Of a stretch of DNA of 64,000 bases, positions 35,940-49,500 are shown piece after piece. The position numbers and the translations under genes are program-made. Where the stretch lies: NCBI GenBank assembly GCA_030390025.1, contig JASTWF010000352.1:372001-436000 (forward strand), given 5' to 3'. This DNA comes from Squalus acanthias. Lineage: Eukaryota. The notes beneath the pieces were generated by a model that was not told the origin of the DNA, searched no databases, and was given only the letters and a program-made list of their open reading frames with translations. Position 1 is the stretch's first letter; each line of letters starts with the position of its first letter.

Positions 35940-36255
35940 TTCAGCCAATGAGGGAGCTCCAGGCTGAGCCCCACCCACTGGGTGCCGCAAGCCCCGCCCC
36001 TCACACACTCCGATTGGTTGGAGGACCCGCCGCCCGCACGGTCCGCCAGTCCCGCCCCGCTCTTCCTATTGGTCCGGAGCTCCCGTCAATCAACCGGGCA
36101 GTGTGAGCTGAGCATGCGCGGACCATGGCAGCAGCCGCTGACACATCAGGTGAGAGAGCTCAGGGAGCGGGTTAATAAACCCCGGGGGGACGCGGGCTGC
36201 ACACACCCCGAGTGCGGCCCCAGGCCCCATTATTAAAACACTCCACATTATCCGC
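35940..36255 (+). promoter_or_regulatory. Promoter/exon-1 module of ZNF unit 5
   Basis: CCAAT/ATTGG, GC boxes, GCATGCGC, donor CAG|GTGAGA (GT at 36150). Confidence 0.7.
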
Positions 36256-36326
36256 CCGCCGCTTCCCGGTTTCTCTCAATTCGCTCAGCAAAGGGGCCCC
36301 GCGCCAAACTCCGGGACAGACAGGAA

Positions 36327-36530
36327 GTCAGGGAGCGTCTGTAAATGGAGGAGAAATGGAGACTGGTCAGGGAGCGTCTGTAAATGGAGGAGAAATGGAG
36401 ACTGGTCAGGGAGCGTCTGTAAATGGAGGAGAAATGGAGACTGGTCAGGGAGCGTCTGTAAATGAAGGAGAAATGGTGACTGGTCAGGGAGCGTCTGTAA
36501 ATGGAGGTGAAATTGTGACAGGTCAGGGAG
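36327..36530 (+). repeat. 39-bp minisatellite (~5 copies)
   Basis: Same unit as the other two arrays. Confidence 0.95.
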
Positions 36531-36606
36531 TGCCCCTCACCAAAATTGTGAGATATTACAGAAGAAAAACTTATAAGGAAGGACAGTGTATTGGAAAAAG
36601 GGTTCG

Positions 36607-37730
36607 AGCCAGAGTCAGCACCTTCTGGGAAGGAGAGGGAGGGGAACCAGTGAGTGTAGAACTGAACCCAGCCAGAGTCAGCACCTTCAGGGAAGGAGAG
36701 AGAGGGGAACCAGTGAGTGTAGAACTGAACCCAGCCAGAGTCAGCACCTTCAGGGGAGGAGAGAAAGGAACCAGTGAGTGAACTGAACCCAGCCAGAGTC
36801 AGCACCTTCAGGGGAGGAGAGAGAGGGGAACCAGTGAGTGAACTGAACCCAGCCAGAGTCAGCACCTTCAGGGGAGGAGAGGGAGGGGAACCAGTGAGTG
36901 TAGAACTGAACCCAGCCAGAGTCAGCACCTTCAGGGGAGGAGAGGGAGGGGAACCAGTGAGTGAACTGAACCCAGCCAGAGTCAGCACATTCAGGGGAGG
37001 AGAGAGAGGGGAACCAGTGAGTGAACTGAACCCAGCCAGAGTCAGCACCTTCAGGGGAGGAGAGGGAGGGGAACCAGTGAGTGTAGAACTGAACCCAGCC
37101 AGAGTCAGCACCTTCAGGGGAGGAGAGGGAGGGGAACCAGTGAGTGTGGAACTGAACTCAGCCAGAGTCAGCACCTTCAGGGGAGGAGAGAAAGGAACCA
37201 GTGAGTGAACTGAACCCAGCCAGAGTCAGCACCTTCAGGGGAGGAGAGAGAGGGGAACCAGTGAGTGAACTGAACCCAGCCAGAGTCAGCACCTTAAGGG
37301 GAGGAGAGGGAGGGGAACCAGTGAGTGTAGAACTGAACCCAGCCAGAGTCAGCAACTTCAGGGGAGGAGAGGGAGGGGAACCAGTGAGTGAACTGAACCC
37401 AGCCAGAGTCAGCACCTTCAGGGGAGGAGAGAGAGGGGAACCAGTGAGTGAACTGAACCCAGCCAGAGTCAGCACCTTCAGGGGAGGAGAGGGAGGGGAA
37501 CCAGTGAGTGTGGAACTGAACCCAGCCAGAGTCAGTACCTTCAGGGGAGGAGAGGGAGGGGAACCAGTGAGTGTAGAACTGAACCCAGCCAGAGTCAGCA
37601 CCTTCAGGGGAGGAGATGGAGGGGAACCAGTGAGTGTGGAACTGAACCCAGCCAGAATCAGCACCTTCAGGGGAGGAGAGGGAGGGGAACCAGTCGGTGT
37701 AGAACTGAACCCAGTCAGTGTCAGCACCTA
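36607..37730 (+). repeat. 60/63-bp minisatellite (~18 copies)
   Basis: Same unit as 16474-17418, with a variant lacking 3 bp. Confidence 0.96.
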
Positions 37731-38159
37731 GAATTGTCTGTTGCGATTTTCTATCCTTGCTTTGCAATGATGACTTTTGTAAACTCCTTTTACAGGCTGT
37801 GAGAAGGGCAGCATTTACACACCGCAAACTCAAACCAAACATCACATCAAGATCTGACAGAGTCACTTCATCCATCAGGACCTGAATATCATCGGCCTTT
37901 GAATGTGGAAGGAGAAATGTTTGTCTGTACTGTCTGTGGTAAAAGATTTCAAACATCAGTGTGACTGCAAAAGCACTGAGACACACACACCCGAGTGAGA
38001 GTGTTCCAGTGCACTGACTGTGGAAAGAGCTTTAACCAGTTACACAGCCTGAAAAAGCATCGCACCGTTCACAGCGGGGAGAAACCGTGCACGTGTTCTG
38101 TGTGTGGACGAGGCTTCAACTGATCGTCCAACCTGGAGACACACAAGGACACCCGCACC

Positions 38160-39086
38160 ACGGAGAAACCGTGGAAATGTGGGGACTGTGGGAAGGGATT
38201 CAATTACCCATCCCACCTGGAAACTCATCAACGCAGTCACACTGGGGAGAGACTGTTCAGTTGCTCTCACTGCCTGAAGACTTTCAAAGAATCATCAAAC
38301 CTGCTGAAACACCAGCAAGTTCACACTGGGGAGAGGCCGTTCACCTGCTCATTGTGTGGGAAGGGATTTTCTGAATCCAACCACCTGCTGACACACCAGC
38401 GAGTTCACAGTGACGAGAGACCGTTCAGGTGCTCTCACTGTGCAAAGACATTTGCCCACTCATCCAACCTACTGAAACACCAGCGAGTTCACACCAGGGA
38501 GAGGACGTTCACTTGCTTCGTATGTGGGAAGGGGTTCACTCATTCATCCAACCTGCTGACACACCAGCGAGCTCACACCAGGGAGAGGTCGTTCACTTGC
38601 TCCATATGTGGGAAGAGATTCACTCGTTCAGCCAACCTGTTAACACACCAGCGAGCTCACACAGGGGAGAGGCCGTTCACCTGCTCTGTGTGTGGGAAAC
38701 GATTTGCTCATTCTTCCCATCTGCAGACACACCAGCGGGTTCACTCTGAGGAGAAGCCGTTCACCTGCTCTGAGTGTGGGATGAGATTCACTCAGTTATC
38801 CAACTTCCGGACACACCAACTTGTTCACACTAATAAGAGACCTTTTCAATGTTCTGAGTGTGAGAAGAGCTTTAAAAGCACAAAGGATCTGCTGACACAC
38901 CAGCGAATTCACACTGGGGAGAGGCCGTTCACCTGCTCTGAGTCTGGGAAGGGATTCACTAATTTATCCAACCTGCGGACACACCAGCGAGTTCACACTG
39001 GGGAGAGGCCTTTCGCCTGCTCTGAGTGTGGGAAGGGATTCACTCAGTCGTCCAACCTGCGGACACACCAGCAAGTTCACAAGTGA
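38160..39086 (+). CDS. Open 11-finger C2H2 array (unit 5) with no ATG at the homologous start (ACG)
   Basis: The frame is open from 38124 to the TGA ending at 39086. GCACCACGG sits where unit 4 has ATG. One finger has C>S (CSES). AATAAA at ~39228. Whether it is translated is uncertain. Confidence 0.7.
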   Translation, partial: TEKPWKCGDCGKGFNYPSHLETHQRSHTGERLFSCSHCLKTFKESSNLLKHQQVHTGERPFTCSLCGKGFSESNHLLTHQRVHSDERPFRCSHCAKTFAHSSNLLKHQRVHTRERTFTCFVCGKGFTHSSNLLTHQRAHTRERSFTCSICGKRFTRSANLLTHQRAHTGERPFTCSVCGKRFAHSSHLQTHQRVHSEEKPFTCSECGMRFTQLSNFRTHQLVHTNKRPFQCSECEKSFKSTKDLLTHQRIHTGERPFTCSESGKGFTNLSNLRTHQRVHTGERPFACSECGKGFTQSSNLRTHQQVHK

Positions 39087-40329
39087 CTGTAGGGGTTGGA
39101 TTCTGCTGTTATTGCTGCTGTTAATCACATCCAGGACTGAACCATGTTTATTCTGACAATTGGGGTTTGTTTCAGCTGATGTTAGTAACCCCTATAACTG
39201 GGCTGGAGTTTAATCTGTATCAATGTTAAATAAATGAGCTTTGTTTCACACACACGCAGTGTGTCGAGTCCTTGATATCTCGACAATAATACGAGCTGAT
39301 TGAGGACTTATTACAAACTGAGTGGAATCCATCTGAGAACTGATTTCCCACAACTTTCTAAAAGATGGATCTACAAGATGTCCAAGTCTGACAGGAAAGA
39401 AAATTCTATTATATTACAGGGTCCACTTCAACCATCCAGGGCAGTGAGTCCCTGTAATATTGGATTTTAACCTATGGGAAATATTCTGATAATCTGTTAT
39501 TGTCATGGGGCAAAGCAGCCTTGTTACTTTAACATCAGTTTAATCAAACTCAATGGACAATCCGATCTCCAAAGGGAAACGTCTCCTTAAAGCTGACGGT
39601 GTCGGCAGTTCTGCAGCTCATTTCTCAGTGTGAGCGTGTCAGAATGAAAAGCTTTAACAACAGCCGATGTTTCACAAAGGGAGACCTCACCAGACCAAAG
39701 GCCATTGGTGGAGTTTAATGGGCTGTGTGTGTCACGGGGCTACAGGAGGCCATTTTTAACCGAAGGAAAACTGGTCACAGCAAACAGAGAGTTTAACAGA
39801 CTGTCCCTGGTCCACTCGAACCCCCACCTCTCTCTCTCTCACTATTTATGGGCACTGCTGCAGTAATTGCTCCTCTGACCTTTCCTCTCTTGTCCCTCCT
39901 ACACCCCTAATACACGGCCCGACACAATCTTCCTCCCCCTACATCCTCACTGTGCTGGAATCCACACCAGTCTCCCCATCTGCTCCTTGTTCTCTCCCTG
40001 GATCCGAAAACTACTGAACTCACTCTTCCCTCCTGAAGTCTACAGGCTCTAAAACTGAAGCTTGGTGTCCCTCAGTCCCGACTCCTTGATTTACCTCCCC
40101 TTCTCTCCTCCTCTTTCCCCCTTGGCTGTGTTCCACACTCTGGGCCTTGGGCCTTCCCCGGGGATTCTCAGTATGAACAGGTGGGGTGTGTTTTGAGACA
40201 GGGTGTCTCCGCTCTCCACCTTTAAAGGGACAAGGAGACGACCAGCTGGGCTGAATGGCCCTGCTTTATGACATCACTGCAGCACCTAGCAACCAAATTC
40301 CCTGAGCGCTGCTCATTATGGGCTGATGC

Positions 40330-41000
40330 GGAGATGCCGGTGTTGGACTGGGATGGACAAAAATGAGAAGTCACACAAAACCAGGTTATAGTCCAACATT
40401 TTTATTTGAAATCACAAGCTTTCGGAGCTTACGTGGCCCCTTCCTCAGGTGAAGTAAAGAAATACAGAATCGACAAAGCATATATAGATAGAGACCAATG
40501 CATGTGTAACTTACAATGGCAGACGACTACATTTAATCATCCTGACTGTTTATCTGCCGAGGTGTGACAAAAGGCAATCAGGTCAGCCAGGAAGGTACCA
40601 CATCAAAGACATAGCAAGATACAACTGAGACAATGAGGTGGAGTTACAGGGGGTCTAATGTGTCAAAAGCTGCAGTCGATATGTAAAATGATAAACTTTA
40701 AAATTTTTACTTTTTTACTGGGAATCACATCTGTGAACAAGCCAACGACGACTCGAGTCTGGATCACGTCATGTATCATGACATAAACCCAAGATCCCGG
40801 TTGAGGCCGTCCTCATGAGTGCGGAACTTGGCTATCAGTTTCTGCTCGATGATTTTGTGTTGTCGTGTGTTTCTCAGGCCGCCTTGGAGAACGCTTACCC
40901 GCAGATCCGAGGCTGAATGTCTTTGACTGCTGAAGTGTTCCCCGACTGGGAGGGAACACTTCTGCCTGGTGATTGTTGCGCGGTGCTCGTTCATACGTTG
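40330..41000 (-). mobile_element. Second Penelope-like family, GIY-YIG C-terminus and 3' end
   Basis: MNEHR..LPVGEHF..H...EQKLIAKFRTHEDGLNRD, followed by a hammerhead-containing terminal region. Confidence 0.82.
40408..40456 (-). ncRNA. Minimal hammerhead ribozyme motif
   Basis: Minus strand CTGAGGA-AGGGGC..GCTCC-GAAAGCTT. Confidence 0.6.
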
Positions 41001-41509
41001 TATGGGCTGGGTTTAGCTCAGTGCTGTTACAGGAAGGGAAACAGGAGCAGGATTCGCCCCGTGTGTAGCCCAGGATTAATGGGGAGAGGTACAGGATCAA
41101 TTTATACCTTATTGAGTGAGAAATGTCATTGTCTGGACACTCCCTGTCCCAAGGTATCTGTGTCGGGGAGCGGCTGATGGGTTTACTCTGTATCTAACCC
41201 GTGCTGTACCCGACTGGAGAGTGTTTGATGCTGACACTAGGGGCTCAGCTCCACGAGCACAACATTTAACCCAAAGATGATCTGATAAACCCATCAGCTT
41301 CTCCCCTGGACACAGGTCCTGAAGGACAGGGAGTGTCTCTGATATTTTGGTCGGTGTCGTTGATCAAGTTTAAACACCTCGCTCACATCTCCTCTCACCC
41401 TGCTTTGTTCTGATGAGAAGTGCCCCAGTTTCTCTCGTCTCTCCTCCTGGGAAAGAGAAGTTCGCCTCAGTTAGAAACTCAAACAGGCGCTTCACTACAG
41501 ACAGGTCAT

Positions 41510-41752
41510 CATGAGGAAACATTTCTTTACCCAGCGAGTTATTATGATCTGAAATGCACTGCCTGAAAGTGTGGAGGAAGCAGATTCAATAGTAACTTTC
41601 AAAAGGGAATTGGATAAATATTTGAAGGGAAAACATTTACCGGGATATGGGGAAAGAGCAAGGGAGTGGGACTAATTGGATAGCTCTCCCAAAGAGCTGG
41701 CACAAGCATGATGGGCCGAATGGCCACCTTTTGTGCTGTATCATTCTCTGAT
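41510..41752 (+). mobile_element. CR1 3' end fragment within older minus-strand CR1 debris (~41380-41970)
   Basis: FFTQRV...FKRELDKYL and CR1 3'UTR with ATTCTCTG-type tail. Confidence 0.75.
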
Positions 41753-42219
41753 AACTAAAGCCTCTCATCTGTTGTATAACCTCAGTGAATTTATTCTGCA
41801 GCCTCTCTGTGGCCCCGACATCCTTCCTAGTGTAAGATTCCCAAAACTTATTCCAACTGCAGCCGAACCGATGGTTTTGTTTTCTACGCCCCATTTATAA
41901 AAAACCTCGGGTAACATTTTTAAACCACTTTATAAACTTGTCCTCCAACTTTTAAAGATTTGTGTATCTGATCTCCCTGTAGATTTGAGAGATATTAACA
42001 TAACATGGCTGAAATACATTGAGATCAAATGTCTGATATAATGTGTATTTTGGGAAAGAGTTTAGTCTGAGTTAGAAACTCAAACAGGTGTTTCACTGCA
42101 GACAGGTTGCCATGGCAACACTGATAAGACATTCCATTCACTGAATCGACTGGTTGGAATCTGTAATCAGATCAGGGGAAAGAACAGGGTTTGTCTGTTA
42201 TTAACCACAATATAAGCTC

Positions 42220-42815
42220 AGAATCATAGAATGGTTACAGCACAGAAGGAGGACATTCAGCCCGTCGAGCCCGTGCCGGCTCTCTGCAAGAGCACTTCAG
42301 CTAGTTCCACTCCCCCGCCCTTTCCCATTAGCCCTGCAAATGTTTTTCCTTCAGATACTTATCCAACTCCCTTTTGAAAGCTGTGATTGAATCTGCCTCC
42401 ACCACCCTTTCAGGCAGTGCATTCCAGATCCTAACCACTCGCTGCGTAAAAAAGTTTTTCCTCATGTCGCCTTTGGTTCTTTTGCCAATCACCTTAAATC
42501 TGTGTCCTCTGGTTCTCTACCCTTCTGCCAATGGGAACAGTTTCTCTCTATCTACTCTGTCTAGACTCCTCATGATTTTGAACGCCTCTATCAAATCTCC
42601 TCCCAACCTTCTCTGCTCTAAGGAGAACAACCCCAGCTTCTCCAGTCTATCCATGTAACTGAAGTCTCTCATCCCTGGAATCATTCTCGTAAATCTTTTC
42701 TGCACCATCTCTAAGGTCTTCACATCCTTCATAAAGTGTGGTGCCCAGAATTGGACACAATACTCCAGTTGAGGCCGAACCAGTGTTTTATGAAGGTTCA
42801 TCATAACTTCCTTGC
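42220..42815 (-). mobile_element. CR1 3' fragment
   Basis: LVRPQLEYCVQFWAP...GDLIEAFKI; tail ATTCTATGATTCTG on the minus strand. Confidence 0.9.
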
Positions 42816-43107
42816 TTTTGGACTCTGTGCCTTCCTTGCTTTTGTTGCCTCTTGTTGCTGGCTCCAGGCACTGGAGCGGTTCCTGTCTGTTCAACTCTCA
42901 GCTGCAGTCAGTACCTGGGCCGGGCTCAGCACATCTATGTCCACGTTGTCATATTGACACGGAGAGGCTGCACAGGCTTCTCGTCCACCTCAGTCAGGGC
43001 GAGAGGTCTCGACCACTCGTGCAAGTCTACGGGCATGTTGTGGCCGCACTGCGGACAGCCCGGGCTTAGGCTGCGCGAGCTGGAGCCGCGTGAGCTACAC
43101 TGGAGAA

Positions 43108-43545
43108 GGTTGAGATACCAGAAATAGTGGGGAACCAAGGGGCTAATGAGAGTGAGGAACTTAAAGTAATTCATATCAGTCGAGAAAAAGTACTTGAGAA
43201 ACTAATGGGACTAAAATCCGACAAATCCCCTGGACCTGACGGCCGACATCCTCGGGTTCTAAAAGAGGTGGCTGCACAGATAATGGATGCATTGGTTGTG
43301 ATCTTCCAAAATTCCCTAGAATCTGGAAAGGTCCTCGTGGAATGGAAGGTAGCAAATGTAACCCAGCTATTCAAGAAAGGAGGGAGAGAGAAAGCAGGGA
43401 TCTACAGGCCAGTTAGCCTGACATCAGTCCTTGGGAAAATGCTGGAATCCATTGTTAAGGAAGTGGAAAAGGGCACTTAGAAAAAGATTATATGATTAGG
43501 CAGAGTCAACATGGTTTTATGAAAGGGAAATCGTGTTTGAAAAAT
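43108..43545 (+). mobile_element. CR1 ORF2 fragment cut off by the satellite
   Basis: [34 protein letters not shown], followed by an abrupt switch to the repeat. Confidence 0.9.
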
Positions 43546-43547
43546 GT

Positions 43548-46500
43548 ATTATCCTGTAACAGACCAGGGTTCCTGGGGACAGACCCCACAGACCCATCTC
43601 CCTTATTCTGTAACAGACCAGGGTTCCTGGGGACAGACCTCACAGACGCATTTCCCTTATCCTGTAACAGACCAGGGTTCCTGGGGACAGACTCCACAGA
43701 CCCATCTCCCTTATCCTGTAACAGACCAGGGTTCCTGGGGACAGACCCATCTCCCTTATCCTGTAACAGACCAGGGTTCCTGGGGACAGACCCCACAGAC
43801 CCATCTCCCTTATCCTGTAACAGACCAGGGTTCCTGGGGACAGGGCCCACAGACCCATCTCCCTTATCCTGTAACAGACCAGGGTTCCTGTGGATAGACC
43901 CATCTCCCTTATCCTGTAACAGACCAGGGTTCCTGGGGACAGACCCATCTCCCTTATCCTGTAACAGACCAGGGTTCCTGTGGATAGACCCCAAAAACCC
44001 ATCTCCCTTATCCTGTAACAGACCAGGGTTCCTGGGGACAGACCACAAAAACCCATCTCCCTTATCCTGTAACAGACCAGGGTTCCTGGGGACAGACCCC
44101 ACAGACCCATCTCCCTTATCCTGAAACAGACCAGGGTTCATGGGGACAGACCCATCTCCCTTATCCTGTAACAGACCAGGGTTCCTGGGGACAGACCCCA
44201 CAGACCCATCTCCCTTATCCTGTAACAGACCAGGGTTCCTGGGGACAGACTCCACAGACCCGTCTCCCTTATCCTGTAACAGACCAGGGTTCCTGGGGAC
44301 AGACCCATCTCCCTTATCCTGTAACAGACCAGGGTTCCTGTGGACAGACCCCACAGACCCGTCTCCCTTATCCTGTAACAGACCAGGGTTCCTGGGGACA
44401 GACCCATCTCCCTTATCCTGTAACAGACCAGGGTTCCTGGGGACAGACCCCACAGACCCATCTCCCTTATCCTGTAACAGACCAGGGTTCCTGGGGACAG
44501 ACCCATCTCCCTTATCCTGTAACAGACAAGGGTTCCTGGGGACAGACTCAACAGACCCATCTCCCTTATCCTGTAACAGACAAGGGTTCCTGGGGACAGA
44601 CCCCACAGACCCATCTCCCTTATCCTGTAACAGACCAGTGTTCCTGGGGACAGACCCCACAGACCCATCTCCCTTATCCTGTAACAGACCAGGGTTCCTG
44701 GGGACAGACCCATCTCCCTTATCCTGTAACAGACCAGGGTTCCTGGGGACAGACCCTACAGACCCATCTCCCTTATCCTGTAACAGACCAGGATTCCTGG
44801 GAACAGACCCCACAGACCCATCTCCCATATCCTGTAACAGACCTGGGTTCCTGGGGATAGACCCCAAAAACCCATCTCCCTTATCCTGTAACAGACCAGG
44901 GTTCCTGGGGACAGACTCCACAGACCCATCTCCCTTATCCTGTAACAGACCAGGGTTCCTGGGGACAGACCCTACAGACCCATCTCCCTTATCCTGTAAC
45001 AGACCAGGATTCCTGGGGACAGACCCCACAGACCCATCTCCCATATCCTGTAACAGACCTGGGTTCCTGGGGATAGACCCCAAAAACCCATCTCCCTTAT
45101 CCTGTAACAGACCAGGGTTCCTGGGGACAGACTCCACAGACCCATCTCCCTTATCCTGTAACAGACCAGGGTTCCTGGGGACAGACCCATCTCCCTTATC
45201 CTGTAACAGACCAGGGTTCCTGGGGACAGACCACACAGACCCATCTCCCTTATCCTGTAACAGACCAGGGTTCCTGGGGACAGACCCATCTCCCTTATCC
45301 TGTAACAGACCAGGGTTCCTGGGGACAGACCCATCTCCCTTATCCTGTAACAGACCAGGGTTCCTGGGGACAGACCCCACAGACCCATCTCCCTTATCCT
45401 GTAACAGACCAGGGTTCCTGTGGATAGACCCATCTCCCTTATCCTGTAACAGACCAGGGTTCCTGGGGACAGACCCATCTCTCTCATCCTGTAACAGACC
45501 AGGGTTCCTGGGGACAGACTCCACAGACCCATCTCCCTTATCCTGTAACAGACCAGGGTTCCTGGGGACAGACCCATCTCCCTTATCCTGTAACAGACCA
45601 GGGTTCCTGGGGACAGACTCCACAGACCCATCTCCCTTATCCTGTAACAGACCAGGTTTCCTGGGGACAGACCCATCTCCCTTATCCTGTAACAGACCAG
45701 GGTTCCTGTGGATAGACCCCAAAAACCCATCTCCCTTATCCTGTAACAGACCAGGGTTCCTGGGGCAGACCACGTCCTGTAACAGACCAGGGTTCCTGGG
45801 GACAGACCCCACAGACCCATCTCCCTTATCCTGTAACAGACCAGGGTTCCTGGGGACAGGCCCCACAGACCCATCTCCCTTATCCTGTAACAGACCAGGG
45901 TTCCTGGGGACAGACCCCACAGACCCATCTCCCTTATCCTGTAACAGACCAGGGTTCCTGGGGACAGACCCATCTCCCTTATCCTGTAACAGACCAGGGT
46001 TCCTGGGGACAGACCCCACAGACCCATCTCCCTTATCCTGTAACAGACCAGGGTTCCTGTGGATAGACCCCAAAAACCCATCTCCCTTATCCTGTAACAG
46101 ACCAGGGTTCCTGTGGATAGACCCATCTCCCTTATCCTGTAACAGACCAGGGTTCCTGGGGACAGACCCATCTCCCTTATCCTGTAACAGACCAGGGTTC
46201 CTGTGGATAGACCCCAAAAACCCATCTCCCTTATCCTGTAACAGACCAGGGTTCCTGGGGACAGACCACAAAAACCCATCTCCCTTATCCTGTAACAGAC
46301 CAGGGTTCCTGGGGACAGACCCCACAGACCCATCTCCCTTATCCTGAAACAGACCAGGGTTCATGGGGACAGACCCATCTCCCTTATCCTGTAACAGACC
46401 AGGGTTCCTGGGGACAGACCCCACAGACCCATCTCCCTTATCCTGTAACAGACCAGGATTCCTGGGGACAGACCCATTTCCCTTATCCTGTAACAGACCA

Positions 46501-49500
46501 GGGTTCCTGTGGACAGACCCCACAGACCCGTCTCCCTTATCATGTAACAGACCAGGGTTCCTGGGGACAGACCCATCTCCCTTATCCTGTAACAGACCAG
46601 GGTTCCTGGGGACAGACCCCACAGACCCATCTCCCTTATCCTGTAACAAACCAGGGTTCCTGGGGACAGACCCATCTCCCTTATCCTGTAACAGACCAGG
46701 GTTCCTGGGGACAGACCCATCTCCCTTATCCTGTAACAGACAAGGGTTCCTGGGGACAGACTCAACAGACCCATCTCCCTTATCCTGTAACAGACAAGGG
46801 TTCCTGGGGACAGACCCCACAGACCCATCTCCCTTATCCTGTAACAGACCAGTGTTCCTGGGGACAGACCCCACAGACCCATCTCCCTTATCCTGTAACA
46901 GACCAGGGTTCCTGGGGACAGACCCATCTCCCTTTTCCTGTAACAGACCAGGATTCCTGGGGACAGGCCCCACAGACCCATCTCCCTTATCCTGTAACAG
47001 ACCAGGGTTCCTGGGGACAGACCCCACAGACCCATCTCCCTTATCGTGTAACAGACCTGGGTTCCTGGGGACAGACCCCACAGACCCATCTCCCTTATCC
47101 TGTAACAGACCAGGGTTCCTGGGGATAGACCCCACAGACCCATCTCCCATATCCTGTAACAGACCAGGGTTCCTGGGGACAGACCCCACAGACCCATCTC
47201 CCTTATCCTGTAACAGACCTGGGTTCCTGGGGACAGACCCCACAGACCCATCTCCCATATCCTGTAACAGACCTGGGTTCCTGGGGATAGACCCCAAAAA
47301 CCCATCTCCCTTATCCTGTAACAGACCAGGGTTCCTGGGGACAGACGCCACAGACCCATCTCCCTTATCCTGTAACAGACCAGGGTTCCTGGGGACAGAC
47401 ACCACAGACCCATCTCCCTTATCCTGTAACAGACCAGGGTTCCTGTGGATAGACCCCAAAAACCCATCTCCCTTATCCTGTAACAGACCAGGGTTCCTGG
47501 GGACAGACTCCACAGACCCATCTCCCTTATCCTGTAACAGACCAGGGTTCCTGGGGACAGACCCATCTCCCTTATCCTGTAACAGACCAGGGTTCCTGGG
47601 GACAGACCACACAGACCCATCTCCCTTATCCTGTAACAGACCAGGGTTCCTGGGGACAGACCCATCTCCCTTATCCTGTAACAGACCAGGGTTCCTGGGG
47701 ACAGACCCATCTCCCTTATCCTGTAACAGACCAGGGTTCCTGGGGACAGACCCCACAGACCCATCTCCCTTATCCTGTAACAGACCAGGGTTCCTGTGGA
47801 TAGACCCCAAAAACCCATCTCCCTTATCCTGTAACAGACCAGGGTTCCTGTGGATAGACCCATCTCCCTTATCCTGCAACAGACCAGGGTTCCTGGGGAC
47901 AGACCCATCTCCCTCATCCTGTAACAGACCAGGGTTCCTGGGGACAGACTCCACAGACCCATCTCCCTTATCCTGTAACAGACCAGGGTTCCTGGGGACA
48001 GACCCATCTCCCTTATCCTGTAACAGACCAGGGTTCCTGGGGACAGACTCCACAGACCCATCTCCCTTATCCTGTAACAGACCAGGGTTCCTGGGGACAG
48101 ACCCATCTCCCTTATCCTGTAACAGACCAGGGTTCCTGGGGACAGACTCCACAGACCCATCTCCCTTATCCTGTAACAGACCAGGGTTCCTGTGGATAGA
48201 CCCCAAAAACCCATCTCCCTTATCCTGTAACAGACCAGGGTTCCTGGGGCAGACCACATCCTGTAACAGACCAGGGTTCCTGGGGACAGACCCCACAGAC
48301 CCATCTCCCTTATCCTGTAACAGACCAGGGTTCCTGGGGACAGGCCCCACAGACCCATCTCCCTTATCCTGTAACAGACCAGGGTTCCTGGGGACAGACC
48401 CCACAGATCCATCTCCCTTATCCTGTAACAGACCAGGGTTCCTGGGGACAGACCCATCTCCCTTATCCTGTAACAGACCAGGGTTCCTGGGGACAGACCC
48501 CACAGACCCATCTCCCTTATCCTGTAACAGACCAGGGTTCCTGTGGATAGACCCCAAAAACCCATCTCCCTTATCCTGTAACAGACCAGGGTTCCTGTGG
48601 ATAGACCCATCTCCCTTATCCTGTAACAGACCAGGGTTCCTGGGGACAGACCCATCTCCCTTATCCTGTAACAGACCAGGGTTCCTGTGGATAGACCCCA
48701 AAAACCCATCTCCCTTATCCTGTAACAGACCAGGGTTCCTGGGGACAGACCACAAAAACCCATCTCCCTTATCCTGTAACAGACCAGGGTTCCTGGGGAC
48801 AGACCCCACAGACCCATCTCCCTTATCCTGTAACAGACCAGGGTTCCTGGGGACAGACCCCACAGACCCATCTCCCTTATCCTGTAACAGACCAGGGTTC
48901 CTGGGGACAGACCCATCTCCCTTATCCTGTAACAGACCAGGGTTCCTGGGGACAGACCCCACAGACCCATCTCCCTTATCCTGTAACATACCAGGGTTCC
49001 TGGGGACAGACCCATCTCCCTTATCCTGTAACAGACCAGGGTTCCTGGGGACAGACCCATCTCCCTTATCCTGTAACAGACAAGGGTTCCTGGGGACAGA
49101 CTCAACAGACCCATCTCCCTTATCCTGTAACAGACAAGGGTTCCTGGGGACAGACCCCACAGACCCATCTCCCTTATCCTGTAACAGACCAGTGTTCCTG
49201 GGGACAGACCCCACAGACCCATCTCCCTTATCCTGTAACAGACCAGGGTTCCTGGGGACAGACCCATCTCCCTTATCCTGTAACAGACCAGGGTTCCTGG
49301 GGACAGACTCCACAGACCCATCTCCCTTATCCTGTAACAGACCAGGGTTCCTGGGGACAGACCCATCTCCCTTATCCTGTAACAGACCAGGGTTCCTGTG
49401 GATAGACCCCAAAAACCCATCTCCCTTATCCTGTAACAGACCAGGGTTCCTGGGGCAGACCACATCCTGTAACAGACCAGGGTTCCTGGGGACAGACCCC

